Positions 51,684 to 61,810 are shown, counted from the first letter of the stretch. The stretch is DNA of 64,000 bases from an uncultured archaeon (GCA_963799775.1 CAWCYD010000003.1:1152001-1216000), one strand, 5' to 3'. Program-made: numbers and translations. Notes: generated by a model from the sequence alone, not told the origin.

Positions 51684-51749
51684 GAAAGCTCACTTGTAGA
51701 GTATCTAAGCGGGTATTCCTTGTTATAAAGGGTATAGGTGATTACGGGA

Positions 51750-52703
51750 CTAGAGAACGACTAGGCTGGGACCTCTTCTAGCCTGCTCGCGAAGGAACTT
51801 GTCCGCGTCGAGGACCGCTTTGCATCCGTCCGCGGCGGCAGTGACCGCCTGCCTGTATCTGTAGTCTCTCACATCGCCGGCGGCGAAGACGCCGGGGACG
51901 TTCGTCTCTGTCTCGTTCTTCACCCTGAGATAGCCGTTCGGCTCGAGGTCGAGCTGCCCCTCGAAGAGCTTGGTGTTGGGCTCGTATCCGATCGCGACGA
52001 AGACACCCTCGACGTCGAGCTTGCTCTCTTGGCCGGTCTCGGTGTTCTTGATCGTTACTCCCTCGACCTTCCCGTTTCCGTTGATCTCCTTCACAACCGA
52101 GTTCCAGTTGAAGCGGATCTTCGGGTCCTCGAGCGCCTCGGTCTTCAACGCGGCGCTGGCCCTCAGGTCTCCCTTTCTGTGTATAACCTGTATCGAGGAG
52201 ACAAGGTTGGAGAGGTAGGTGGCTTCCTCCATCGCCGTGTCCCCTCCACCGACTACTGCTACCCTCTTCCCCTTGAAGAAGAAGCCGTCACACACGGCGC
52301 AGTTTGAGACTCCCTTCCCCTGGAGCCTCGCCTCGGACGGGATGTTGAGGCGCCTGGGGGTCGCTCCGGTCGCGACGATGACCGAGAGAGCCCGGACCGA
52401 CTGTCCTCCAGACGTCGTAAGCTCGAAGGGATACTTGTCGAAGCGGACCGCGACGACATCCTCCTGGATTAGCCTGGCGCCTAGCCTCTCCGCCTGGCCC
52501 CTCATCTTGTGCATCAGTTCCGGCCCCAAGATTGGGTCGACGTAACCCGGGAAGTTCTCGACCTCGCTCGTCAGCATGAGCTGCCCGAAGGGGACGCTGC
52601 CCATGAAGACGACGGGCTTTAGGTCGGCCCTGGACCCGTAGATCGCTGCGGTGAGCCCTGCTGGCCCTGACCCGATGATTACCAGCTTCTCCAGCGACTC
52701 CAT
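51750..52703 (-). CDS. trxB: Thioredoxin reductase
   Basis: GSGPAG, CAVCDG, GGGDTA, GVFAAGD. Confidence 0.96.
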   Translation of the reverse strand: MESLEKLVIIGSGPAGLTAAIYGSRADLKPVVFMGSVPFGQLMLTSEVENFPGYVDPILGPELMHKMRGQAERLGARLIQEDVVAVRFDKYPFELTTSGGQSVRALSVIVATGATPRRLNIPSEARLQGKGVSNCAVCDGFFFKGKRVAVVGGGDTAMEEATYLSNLVSSIQVIHRKGDLRASAALKTEALEDPKIRFNWNSVVKEINGNGKVEGVTIKNTETGQESKLDVEGVFVAIGYEPNTKLFEGQLDLEPNGYLRVKNETETNVPGVFAAGDVRDYRYRQAVTAAADGCKAVLDADKFLREQARRGPSLVVL

Positions 52704-53045
52704 ACCGAGAAATCCGCGAAAGGGACTGATAAAGATATGCGAAGGGAGGAGCGACTAGGTAAGGAAACGTATACTTTGTCTGATGTGAGACTGAGGGAAA
52801 ATCAAGACTTTCCGCGAGTCAAGAAAGGAGCAACCGCTTTCACGGTTCTCCCTTCTGTTCCACGTCCGTTCCAGGCCATTTTCGCCGCTGGAACTCGGTG
52901 GAGACACCGGCCCGGGATTATTTAAGGTCTGTGCCCAGCGGGATTGGCGGACCGGTCAGGGCAGGCCCTGCAAAAAAAAAGCTGACCGAAACGCAAGGAA
53001 CAAGCCCGTGAAACATAATTAAGCTCTGAAGGCGGATAGAGTTCC

Positions 53046-53465
53046 ATGAAGCCTGCACAGAAGGGCACGGGGTTCACGGACGAGGAAAAAGCCGCGATGA
53101 GGGAGCGCGCCAAGGAGATGAGAGCGGACGAGAAGGACGGGGAAAGTGCCGTGCTCGCGAAGATAGCCGGGATGAAGGAGCCCGACCGCACAATGGCCAA
53201 GCGGCTCCATGCCATCATCAAAGCCAGCGCGCCAGACCTCTCGCCGAGACTGTGGTACGGGATGCCAGCGTATGCCAAGGACGACAAGGTCGTCTGCCAC
53301 TTGCAAGATGCGAAGAAGTTCAAGACGAGGTACTCGACGTTAGGATTCAGCGACAAGGCGAACCTCGACGAGGGCTCGATGTGGCCGGTCGCCTACGCGC
53401 TGAAGGCGTTGACCGCTGCCGAAGAGGCAAAGATTGCCTCGCTCGTGAAGAAAGCGGTGAGTTGA
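53046..53465 (+). CDS. DUF1801 (YdhG-like) protein
   Basis: [35 protein letters not shown]. Confidence 0.85.
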   Translation: MKPAQKGTGFTDEEKAAMRERAKEMRADEKDGESAVLAKIAGMKEPDRTMAKRLHAIIKASAPDLSPRLWYGMPAYAKDDKVVCHLQDAKKFKTRYSTLGFSDKANLDEGSMWPVAYALKALTAAEEAKIASLVKKAVS

Positions 53466-53607
53466 GGACCGAGCTCGCTTCTAGGGCCTGCCTTAAGCAG
53501 TCCAATTCTTGATTGATTGGCGGGCGCGGCTGGATTCGGAGCCCTCGTTGTGTCAAAGGATCGCCAGAAAGGCGGCATAACGATGAGAACACTAGCACAA
53601 ATAGGGC

Positions 53608-53886
53608 TTGACACGTTTATCAGCCGGCGCAAGTGTCCGCTCTCCAGAGGAAATGAGAAAGTTGCCGAGAGCCCAGCATGATGACGGGATCGATGGCTTG
53701 ATGAAGAAGGCGATAAAGGCGCGTACTCCGAAGGGGGCGATTGCGACGATTGACGAGCTTGGGAAATACGGCCAGGACGCGGTATACGCATTAGAAGAGA
53801 TTGTTGATGAAACCGTATTCGACGAGGTGCGCGCCCATGGATTGCAGGTCATAAGAGACATCAAGAGTGAGGACACTCAGTTCTGA
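53608..53886 (+). CDS. Hypothetical helical (HEAT-like) protein; start uncertain
   Basis: AIATIDELGKYG.DAVYALEEI...VRAHGL helical pattern. Confidence 0.55.
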   Translation: MTRLSAGASVRSPEEMRKLPRAQHDDGIDGLMKKAIKARTPKGAIATIDELGKYGQDAVYALEEIVDETVFDEVRAHGLQVIRDIKSEDTQF

Positions 53887-53930
53887 GTTCTCGTTTCAGA
53901 GTTCAAGCCTGTTTGTGGCGAAGTACTTGC

Positions 53931-53955
53931 GGCACGCCCGGCAGGACTTGAACCC
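53931..53955 (-). mobile_element. tRNA 3'-end fragment, possible att-site remnant
   Basis: Minus strand GGGTTCAAGTCCTGCCGGGCGTGCC = T-loop plus 3' acceptor strand; no 5' half nearby. Confidence 0.4.
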
Positions 53956-54090
53956 GAACATGCTCTCGAAAAAGGATTGCAAGGGCCGGTTGGGTGCGAG
54001 AGCACTTGGGATGCCACAAGCAAGTTACAATCCGGCACAAAAAATACCTCTACCTTAAGCGCGCCCGCGCAGTGAATTCATCGATAGATC

Positions 54091-54516
54091 ATGATGACCG
54101 CTAACAGCACGACAACGATACCTAAGGACGCAGCAGCATGGCTCAACCTGAGCTTCCAAGGGAAGAACAAGGACCTTGACGCGCTCTCTCAGCAGATAGA
54201 GCAGCAGCTCAAGGCTGATGGATACAAGACCCAGTCGATGAAGGCCCCGATCGGGAACATCGTCCAGGCCCAAAAGGCTGGAGTCCTCCGCGGAATCGTC
54301 GACGCGAACAGGGCGTTCTCGATACTCATCTCCGGACAGCCCAACGACTTCTCAGTCCACATCGGCATCGGGAAGTGGCTTCAGAACGCCGCCGTAGCAA
54401 TCGGTGAGTCGCTGATCTTCTCGCCGCTCGTCTTCCTCGTCGATGGTGGGGAGGTCCTCTGGACGACCCACGTCGAGAGCGGGATCGCGAAGCAGATAAC
54501 CCAAATCGTCGGCTGA
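54091..54516 (+). CDS. Hypothetical protein with hydrophobic C-terminal hairpin
   Basis: 141-aa ORF after CCTTAAG; strong GC3 bias. Confidence 0.75.
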   Translation: MMTANSTTTIPKDAAAWLNLSFQGKNKDLDALSQQIEQQLKADGYKTQSMKAPIGNIVQAQKAGVLRGIVDANRAFSILISGQPNDFSVHIGIGKWLQNAAVAIGESLIFSPLVFLVDGGEVLWTTHVESGIAKQITQIVG

Positions 54517-54604
54517 TCACTCAGACCAACGAGCCAGACTGGAGACCCGCGCCATGAAGAGCCCAACGCTCGTTCAAGAAACTCGAGCAAACGTCGATGC
54601 CGGG

Positions 54605-55592
54605 ATGAAGATGAGGGCGATCACTCGCACAAGGTACGGGTCTCCAGACGTTCTTCGGTTGGAGGATGTAGCCAAACCTACTCCCAATGACAACGAAGTC
54701 CTGGTGAAGATCAGTGCGGCATCCGTGAATGCGGGCGACTGGCATATCCTGAGAGGCAAGCCGTTCTTGATACGCCTGATGGGCTTTGGTCTGCTGAAAC
54801 CAAAGGGCAAGATCATAGGTGCAGACATCGCGGGGAGGGTCGAAGCTGTTGGCAAGAACGTGAAGCAGCTTCATCAAGGTGAAGAGGTTTTCGGAGACTT
54901 GGCCAAGTGTGGTCTCGGTGCTTTTGCCGAATATGCGTGCGTCCCCGAGAGTGCGCTAGCGTTAAAACCGGGCAACATTTCGTTCGAGGAAGCAGCGGCC
55001 GTACCCAGAGTAGGAGTCGTCGCTTTGCAGGCACTTCGCGACCATGGGCACATTCGGGCGGGGCAGAAGGTCTTGGTCAATGGTGCGTCTGGCGGTGTGG
55101 GCACTTTTGCGGTGCAGATCGCCAAATCGTTCGGAGCGGAAGTGACCGGCGTGTGTAGCACGAGGAATCTAGACAAAGTGCGGTCGCTCGGCGCTGACCA
55201 TGTCATCGATTACACCAAAGAGGATTTCACCAAGGACGGGCAGCAATACGACCTGATCCTTGCGGCCAACGGATATCATCCCATCTCAGATTACAAGCGC
55301 TCCCTAAAGCCCAACGGAACATACGTCATGAGTGGAGGTTCCAACGCCCAGCTCTTCCAATCTATGCTCCTATGGACCTCTGAACTCGATGACCGGGAAC
55401 AAAAAGATGGGCAGCATGATGCACAAGCCAAACCAAGGGGATTTGGACGTCATGAGAGATCTCATCGAAGCCGGCAAAGTCATACCTGTGATCGATAGAC
55501 GCTTCCCGTTGAGCGAGACTGCGGAGGCTATCCGATATCTTGAGCAAGGACACGCTCAAGGCAAAGTCGTCATCAGTATTTCCCCTGCGTAA
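54605..55592 (+). CDS. Zinc-independent MDR/quinone-oxidoreductase-like dehydrogenase, copy 1; frameshift near 55372
   Basis: YGSPDVL, NGASGGVG, GHAQGKVVI. Confidence 0.9.
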
Positions 55593-55637
55593 CAAAGGGC
55601 AGTATCCGACCAAGACCCAATTGGAGCTTCCTTAGAT

Positions 55638-56661
55638 ATGAGCGGTCAGTCCCTCTCTCTAAAGACCGCTGAGAGAATGATAGCAATCGTCTGCACAAAG
55701 TACGGACCTCCGGAAGTCCTTCAGCTCAGAGAGGTGGGGAGGCCGACTCCCAAGGACAATGAGGTGCGGGTAAGAGTCCATGCGACGACTGTGACGATGG
55801 GAGATTGCGAGATTCGAAGGTTCAAGATGCCCGCATGGCTATGGTTGCTTGCGCGAATAGGATTTGGTTTCAGGGGCCCGAGAAAGAGAATACTGGGGCA
55901 AGAGCTTGCCGGGGAAGTTGAATCTGTCGGCAGAGACGTGAGCCAATTCAAGAAAGGCGACCAAGTCTTCGCCCTCACCGGTCTCCACTTGGGCGCGTAT
56001 GCCGAGTATGACTGCCTGCCTGCGAGAGGGCTGATCGCAACAAAGCCGGCCAACATGAGCTTCGAGGAAGCCGCCGCAATCCCCCTAGGCGGGCTTCATG
56101 CGCTACATTTTCTTCGAGAAGCGAAGATTCAGAGAGGCCAGAAGGTCTTGATCGTTGGTGCGGGAGGAAGCATAGGCACCGTTGCAGTGCAGCTAGCCAA
56201 GTCGTTCGGAGCGGAGGTGACAGGTGTAGACAGCACGAGCAAACTGGACATGTTGCGCTCCGTTGGTGCTGACAAGGTCATCGACTACACAAAAGACGAC
56301 TTTGCCAAGAGCGGTGAGAGCTATGATGTCATCTTTGACGTGGTGGGCAAGACATCGTTCTCGGTTTGCATGAGTGTCCCTCAAGGAAAACGGGTTCTAT
56401 CTGATGGGCAACCCAGGGCTGTCGCAGCTTTTCGGAAAGCTGAGGCGTTCGGGCAGCAAGAAAGCGATCGGCGGGATGGCGTCGTACAAGACCGAGGATT
56501 TGGTCATGCTCAGACAGCTCATAGAGTCAGGGAAGATAAGATCGGTCATAGACAGGCAGTATCCACTGGAGCGCATAGCCGAAGCTCACAGATATGTTGA
56601 CACAGGGCAGAAGGCAGGGAACGTGGTCATAACCGTGGGCCCAGACAGCCTGCACGGCTAG
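55638..56661 (+). CDS. Zinc-independent MDR dehydrogenase, copy 2; frameshift near 56378
   Basis: [23 protein letters not shown]. Confidence 0.9.
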
Positions 56662-56684
56662 CACTTTCTGAGGGTGCGGGCACC

Positions 56685-57653
56685 ATGAAAGCGATTGTGT
56701 ACACAAGATATGGGCCTCCGGAAGTTCTTCAAATCAAGGAGGTAGCGCAACCAGCCCCCAAGGACGACGAGGTTCTGGTCAAGGTTCACGCGGTCTCGTT
56801 GAACAGATCTGACTGGGAGAGACTGAGAGGCACGCCGTTGTTCGTCCGTTTCGGAGGGCTTCTACGACCTCGGCACCATATACTCGGGTCGGACATAGCC
56901 GGGCGAGTCGAGGCGGTTGGCAGAAAGGTCACGCGATTTCAGCCAGGCGACGAGGTCTTCGGAGACCTGATGGGGCCCGCGGGCGGGTTTGCCGAACATG
57001 TCTGCGTCCTTGAAAAGGCCTTGGCTTTGAAACCAGTCGGTCTGACGTTCGAGGCGGCGGCCACTATCCCGCAGGCTGGGGTAATCGCCTTTCAGGGGAT
57101 TCGCGACAAAGGACGGGTCAAACAGGGGCAAAAGGTTTTGATCAATGGCGCGGGCGGCTGCACCGGCACGTTCGCAGTGCAGCTCGCAAAATCATACGGA
57201 GCTGAGGTGACAGGAGTGGATAACAGGGGCAAGCTCGATTTCATGCGCTCGCTTGGGGCGGACCATGTCATCGACTACAACCGGGAAGACTTCGCCAAGA
57301 ACGGGCAGCAGTATGATCTCATACTGGATGTCGTCGCGAATCGGTCTGTCTTCGCCTACAAGAATGCGCTGAGGCCTAACGGGCTCTATCTTGCTGTCGG
57401 AGGTTCTCTATCGGCGCTCTTCCAGATCTTGTTCTTGGGAACATGGATTGGGGGGACGACGGGAAGAAAGATGCGCATCTTGGCCGTTCGACCAAGGCTG
57501 GAGGACATGCTCGCTATGGCGGAACTCTGTGAAACAGGCAAGATAGTCCCTGTCATCGACCGACGACTTGCGCTAGGTGAAGTTCCCGAAGGGCTACGGT
57601 ATCTGGGAGAAGGACGCGCCAAAGGAAAAGTCGTGATAGTCTTGGGTGCGTGA
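56685..57653 (+). CDS. Zinc-independent MDR dehydrogenase, copy 3
   Basis: YGPPEVL, NGAGGCTG, GRAKGKVVI. Confidence 0.92.
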   Translation: MKAIVYTRYGPPEVLQIKEVAQPAPKDDEVLVKVHAVSLNRSDWERLRGTPLFVRFGGLLRPRHHILGSDIAGRVEAVGRKVTRFQPGDEVFGDLMGPAGGFAEHVCVLEKALALKPVGLTFEAAATIPQAGVIAFQGIRDKGRVKQGQKVLINGAGGCTGTFAVQLAKSYGAEVTGVDNRGKLDFMRSLGADHVIDYNREDFAKNGQQYDLILDVVANRSVFAYKNALRPNGLYLAVGGSLSALFQILFLGTWIGGTTGRKMRILAVRPRLEDMLAMAELCETGKIVPVIDRRLALGEVPEGLRYLGEGRAKGKVVIVLGA

Positions 57654-57686
57654 CGGGCCGCTTGACCCTCGATTCGGCACACCGGG

Positions 57687-57720
57687 CGTATTCTTTGTTA
57701 CAATTCGTAATTTTTCGTAA
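57687..57720 (-). promoter_or_regulatory. TTRCA-repeat operator array 1
   Basis: Minus strand ttacgaaaaa ttacgaattg taacaaagaa tacg, 10-bp period. Confidence 0.55.
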
Positions 57721-57817
57721 CCAGACCCAAAACGGGTACTTATCGCAACATGAGCATCAGTAATAGACAGTAGCGTCATGCTTAAGAAATTGCAGGCCCG
57801 ACCAACGTTGGGTTCAT

Positions 57818-58336
57818 ACGAAGCCGAAGACATCGACTGCCTCGTTCAGAGTGGATGAGCTGGCTCTAGACGCACTCCATAACGATGCGAAGAAGCAAAA
57901 TGTGAGCGTCAATACCTTGCTGAACCAGCTCCTACTTGGGTACGCGAGCTACGACCAGCCGATGAAGAGGTTCCAGATGATAAAACTACCCGCCGCGACC
58001 TTCAGATATGTCTTGCAGGCGGCCACCAACGAAAAGATAGCCGAAGCCGGTAGGCTGGCTGGGGACGACGTTCCCAAGACGTACATCCTCGCAAAGTGGG
58101 GTGTACTTACTCCTGAGAACTGTCTCGATTATCTGAGGGCCATGTCCAAGCACGCCAAACTCTTCGACTACAGTGAAGTCGTTCACGACGGAATGCTTAG
58201 CGTCACCTTGTCGCATGGCTTTGGGGCGAAAGGAAGCCTGTTCCTGCAGAACTACGTGACGGAGGTATTCGCACGGTCTGGCAAAGTGCCGAGGTTCTCC
58301 GCAGACGAGAATGCCGTCGTGTTCGAACTCTCCTGA
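57818..58336 (+). CDS. RHH (CopG-like) regulator with C-terminal V4R-like domain, copy 1; apparent ACG start
   Basis: ASFRVDE...DAKKQNVSVNTLLNQLL; colinear with 63065-63583. Confidence 0.85.
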   Translation, partial: TKPKTSTASFRVDELALDALHNDAKKQNVSVNTLLNQLLLGYASYDQPMKRFQMIKLPAATFRYVLQAATNEKIAEAGRLAGDDVPKTYILAKWGVLTPENCLDYLRAMSKHAKLFDYSEVVHDGMLSVTLSHGFGAKGSLFLQNYVTEVFARSGKVPRFSADENAVVFELS

Positions 58337-58377
58337 CAGAGCATGAATTAGGCCGCGTCTCGCTCCTTCGCGTTCTC

Positions 58378-58400
58378 TGACAAATAGTTACGAAAAATAC
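58378..58400 (+). promoter_or_regulatory. TTRCA-repeat operator array 2
   Basis: tgacaaatag ttacgaaaaa tac upstream of HMA-like gene. Confidence 0.5.
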
Positions 58401-58443
58401 CATCACCCCATTAGCCTCGAGACCTGCCATTCACCGGACTACG

Positions 58444-58650
58444 ATGCGATCAAAGAGCGGGGATGCAATGGTGATCTTCAGGGTCGACAGAATGAGCAGC
58501 CGAGGACGAGCCAAGAACCTCGGGCTGGAGCTCGGCAAGCTTGATGGAGTCCGCGCAATTGAGTTCAACTACATCTTGGATACAGTGTCGATCAAATACG
58601 ACGGCAAGAAGCGGACTCTAGGTTTCATAAGAAACACGCTAGTCAAGTGA
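58444..58650 (+). CDS. HMA-fold small protein lacking CxxC, copy 1
   Basis: FRVDRM....A..L...L.KLDGV...FNYILDTVSIKYD. Confidence 0.75.
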   Translation: MRSKSGDAMVIFRVDRMSSRGRAKNLGLELGKLDGVRAIEFNYILDTVSIKYDGKKRTLGFIRNTLVK

Positions 58651-58822
58651 GCACCGAGTTGCGGCAGCGTTCCGTTGCCGCAAACCGGTCTCCTGCACGT
58701 CCTAAGTGCTCATTATCCGTTTTCCTGCTCGACGCTTCTTTACGGGGACCTTTCCCGCCAGGCGCCTTGGCGGCGCGCGCCTTTGCCGCTGTCATCCTGC
58801 CGCCTCTGCTCTTCTTTGCCAT
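58643..58822 (-). CDS. Small basic Lys/Arg/Ala-rich protein
   Basis: MAKKSRGGRMTAAKARAAK; GGGGTGA RBS upstream. Confidence 0.45.
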   Translation of the reverse strand: MAKKSRGGRMTAAKARAAKAPGGKGPRKEASSRKTDNEHLGRAGDRFAATERCRNSVLT

Positions 58823-58859
58823 TTTTGAGTTCACCCCCACTACTGTGTGCTTTTGGCCT

Positions 58860-59030
58860 CTAGAGTACTATTCCAAAGACGAGTGCTAGGACGAAGAGAA
58901 CGAGAAACAGGACAATCAATATCTTGGCGATGTCCATCGACAAACCTGCTACTCCCTTTGCGCCGAGCAAATAGGCGACGAGAGCTATGACCAGGAATAA
59001 GACGGCGAGTCCGAGTAACGATGTTGCCAG
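58860..59030 (-). CDS. DUF1328/UPF0391 small two-TM membrane protein; CTG start (or ATG 59037 with a 1-nt error)
   Basis: LGLAVLFLVIALVAYLLGAKGVAGLSMDIAKILIVLFLVLFV; absent from ORF track. Confidence 0.8.
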   Translation of the reverse strand: MATSLLGLAVLFLVIALVAYLLGAKGVAGLSMDIAKILIVLFLVLFVLALVFGIVL

Positions 59031-59080
59031 TCCTCATCGTCCCCTATCCAGCATCTCTGAATAGCGCCCTTTTGCACTAC

Positions 59081-59392
59081 TCAGGTGTGCTTATCGGTCT
59101 GCGTCTCGAGAAGAGCGCTCCGTCCGAGCAGCTTCTTGTCTAGGATGAAGATTATTACTTGGTCGCCCACGTCCACACCGACGTTTCCGCCGATGGGCTG
59201 GACCACGAACTTTCCGCCTCCGGTGAGCCTCGCCACCGTCGCTTCGACGACCGCGACGCCTGTCTTGGATTTGAAGACCGTCGCTCTCTCCCTGCCGCCT
59301 CCGGCCCTCGAGACGTTTCTGCCGGTGTCAGATTTTCGCTCTCTCTCAACCTCTTTGTCTGCGTCTGATGGCATGTCTAATTCGTGGCCCAT
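59081..59392 (-). CDS. Hypothetical protein with possible AbrB-like C-terminal beta domain
   Basis: ARLTGGGKFVV....VGVDVGDQVIIFI pattern. Confidence 0.55.
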   Translation of the reverse strand: MGHELDMPSDADKEVERERKSDTGRNVSRAGGGRERATVFKSKTGVAVVEATVARLTGGGKFVVQPIGGNVGVDVGDQVIIFILDKKLLGRSALLETQTDKHT

Positions 59393-59421
59393 ATTCCTCA
59401 CGCGCGATATATGAATACCGT

Positions 59422-59444
59422 GTATTTTCTGCAATGGATTGTAA
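59422..59444 (-). promoter_or_regulatory. TTRCA-repeat operator array 3
   Basis: Minus strand ttacaatcca ttgcagaaaa tac, then TTCATATAT. Confidence 0.55.
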
Positions 59445-59525
59445 GATGAGAGAAGGGGTGAGCCTCGGTTGATACCTACGCTGGCAACACTCTAATAGAG
59501 AAGGGGGCCGGAAAAAAGAGTCGGC

Positions 59526-59762
59526 ATGAAAGAAGACAAGCGCGCCGAGTGGCTTGGCGCAGTTCTCTCGCTCCTCTATGAGTTCAACTGGCCAATGGGC
59601 GAGACGGAGATACTGCAGCGCTCGATGGAATCCTCGAACGTCGAGGACCTGCGTTCGCTGCTAGCTGATCTCAAGAAGGCAGAGCTGATTTCGGACGCTG
59701 TTCCCGGGAACTGGAAATTGACGAAGAAGGGGAAAGAACTCGTTAGAAAGTCGCTCGGGTAG
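59526..59762 (+). CDS. Small winged-helix protein
   Basis: LRSLLADLKKAELI......WKLTKKGKELV. Confidence 0.7.
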   Translation: MKEDKRAEWLGAVLSLLYEFNWPMGETEILQRSMESSNVEDLRSLLADLKKAELISDAVPGNWKLTKKGKELVRKSLG

Positions 59763-60771
59763 GAAGAGCAGAGCGAAGAACTCGACGTAGTCCACTTCCG
59801 GTTTCCTCCCCATGAACCGCCAAAGCCACGCAGAAGGACGGCCGGCCAGCTCGCCTATCCGCGCCGGTTTTTGGGATAGTGGTCCTGGGCCGACCAATCC
59901 TGACGTAGGCAAAAGCGGCCGCACCGTAGAAACCAACGAAGAGGACGTACCCTATAACCTCGTGGAGACTCGTCAGCAATTGTAGCCCGCCGATGACGCC
60001 GGCCCACACGATTGCCGCTATCCGCAGAGCGTTAAGGACCACCAAGGCGACGGTGCCCAAGACGGCTATCATTGTCGTTGACGACCAGTCCTTCCCCAGG
60101 TCGATGTGCATAAGGGCGACGACGAGGAGGAAGATGCTAATCGAGGAGATGCTGCTGCAATATGGTGTTATGTCGATGCTCAGGCCCGTCCCCAGTCGAG
60201 AGGAGAACTGGATTTGGGGCCCTGGGAGCGCAGAGTAGGAGTAATGAACGCCGGAAGCGCTCAATATGGCCCTGCTGAAGAGCGAGGCCATGCCGACCAG
60301 CGGCCCACCTACGAGAGCGGTGAACGGGTCCACCAGGAGCGTCGCCGCCAGAAGCACCCCCGCGTATGGTAGAGTCATCTTCAGCGTTGACGGGTTGAGC
60401 ACGAGCGATACACCCCAGAAGACCAGGAACACCGGCAAGACGGCGACCGAAATGGAGTTCTCGTAACTCTTCAGCAGGGGGAGAAATATCAACGGCGAGA
60501 GCGTGAGCAAAAGCCCCGCCAGCCTAACCAGGGGCCTGGTCCGGAGGCCGCCCTCCTCCATGAGCAAGCCGCGAAAGTCCCGCCACCTGAGCAGAAGGAA
60601 GATTCCTACGAAGAGGACCGCCGCTATCGGGTAGTTGATGCCGAGATTCGACGGCGATATTCCGTCAAGCGACGAGATGAGAGTGGACACTTGTTGCGGA
60701 TAGAGCACCTGGCACAGGATCGCGGCCATGCCCAGCCATAGTGCCAGCCGATAGCGAACGTCTAGAGTCAA
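59743..60771 (-). CDS. Exosortase/archaeosortase-family transpeptidase; C-terminus probably extended by a frameshift
   Basis: Multi-TM; ITPYCSSI (Cys), NALRI (Arg), LHEVIG (His). Confidence 0.85.
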   Translation of the reverse strand: MTLDVRYRLALWLGMAAILCQVLYPQQVSTLISSLDGISPSNLGINYPIAAVLFVGIFLLLRWRDFRGLLMEEGGLRTRPLVRLAGLLLTLSPLIFLPLLKSYENSISVAVLPVFLVFWGVSLVLNPSTLKMTLPYAGVLLAATLLVDPFTALVGGPLVGMASLFSRAILSASGVHYSYSALPGPQIQFSSRLGTGLSIDITPYCSSISSISIFLLVVALMHIDLGKDWSSTTMIAVLGTVALVVLNALRIAAIVWAGVIGGLQLLTSLHEVIGYVLFVGFYGAAAFAYVRIGRPRTTIPKTGADRRAGRPSFCVALAVHGEETGSGLRRVLRSALPTRATF

Positions 60772-60887
60772 GCCAGCCCTCCAATCTCTTGCCTTCTTCC
60801 TTCCTCATGAAAGGTTCTTGCCAGATGCCCCCACTTGGGAAGTACTTACCGTGAGGACGTTGTTAAATGAGTCGCTTGCGAGTTGGT

Positions 60888-61785
60888 CTATCTACTGCTG
60901 GCGAGCTGGAGCATTGTCAGAGCCCATGCGTCCGCTAGGCGAGTTCGTGCGCCGAGACTGACTCCCTTCCCCCTCATGAAGAGGTAGATTGCCAAGACCG
61001 GAACCGCTAGGACTAGGATTCCTGTTGGAAATTCTGGGACGCTAGGTCCATCCTGCTCCTGCCGTTAACGCATCAGTTATTTGTTCTGATGCGGCGGGCC
61101 ATCCGCTTGTAAACGAGCTGGAGTAAGTGCCTGCCGAACTTACAACGTCATACGAGACGCATGATATTGCTGCGCTTCCATAACACTGTGCATCGACTTC
61201 CGTGTTGGGGGCAGCCACGGCGAATTGAGTGGAAGATCCCTGAATGGCGCCTATTATCATGTCATTGGCGTTTGTAGTCGTGATTGCAAGGGTGAATGGC
61301 GTGGATGCACCCATGACTGTGGCCGGAATGCCGCCGTGTGGATCGAATGGGGAGGCCGTATTCGCACCCGAGACTGCGAAGGTGTAGATGGTATTAGTGG
61401 TGCCCGCCACAACTGCAGTCACAGTTATCGTGTCGGCAGTGAGCACACCCGATGAGACCGCCCAATATTCGTACAATATTCCCCCCGTATTGGAAACACT
61501 CGTGCGGAGGCTCCACGACAAGCTGTTTGCATCAGTCACGGTCGGTGGATTATCTGTAGGAGTAATAGTGGAGGTAAAGAACAGAATTATCACGTCGTTT
61601 ATGGTGCCTGTTGTCAGAGCAACGGTGCAAAATGGAGTGCAAGCGCCCTGGTACTTGGCGTTGCCGTCTAACGCAAGCGAAGTGGCATGCGCCGCGGGGA
61701 TGGAGGCGCCGAACAGGATGGCCAACGCCAAGGTCGCCATTAATGCGAGGCTGAGGACGCGCCTCGCGCCCCCAGACGTGGCATA
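60888..61785 (-). CDS. Secreted surface protein with PEF-type sorting signal hidden by a frameshift near 61051; start uncertain (ATG 61785 with homopolymer error, or 61874/61887)
   Basis: Signal peptide ending AHA; Thr-rich beta domain; shifted frame GPSVPEFPTGILVLAVPVLAIYLFMRGK. Confidence 0.75.
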
Positions 61786-61810
61786 TTTCCCACCGGTCAG
61801 GAGCCCTGCG

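Noticed and set aside
1-61100. About 20 frameshifts in genes such as fttA, rtcA, ilvA, lysX, lysZ, carB, rfcS, mcm and hel308, suggesting mass pseudogenisation or programmed frameshifting
   Set aside because: Those inspected are 1-2 nt indels, mostly in G/C homopolymers, hitting essential genes without slippery-site consensus; best explained as long-read errors. Only the 20-nt carB insert differs.
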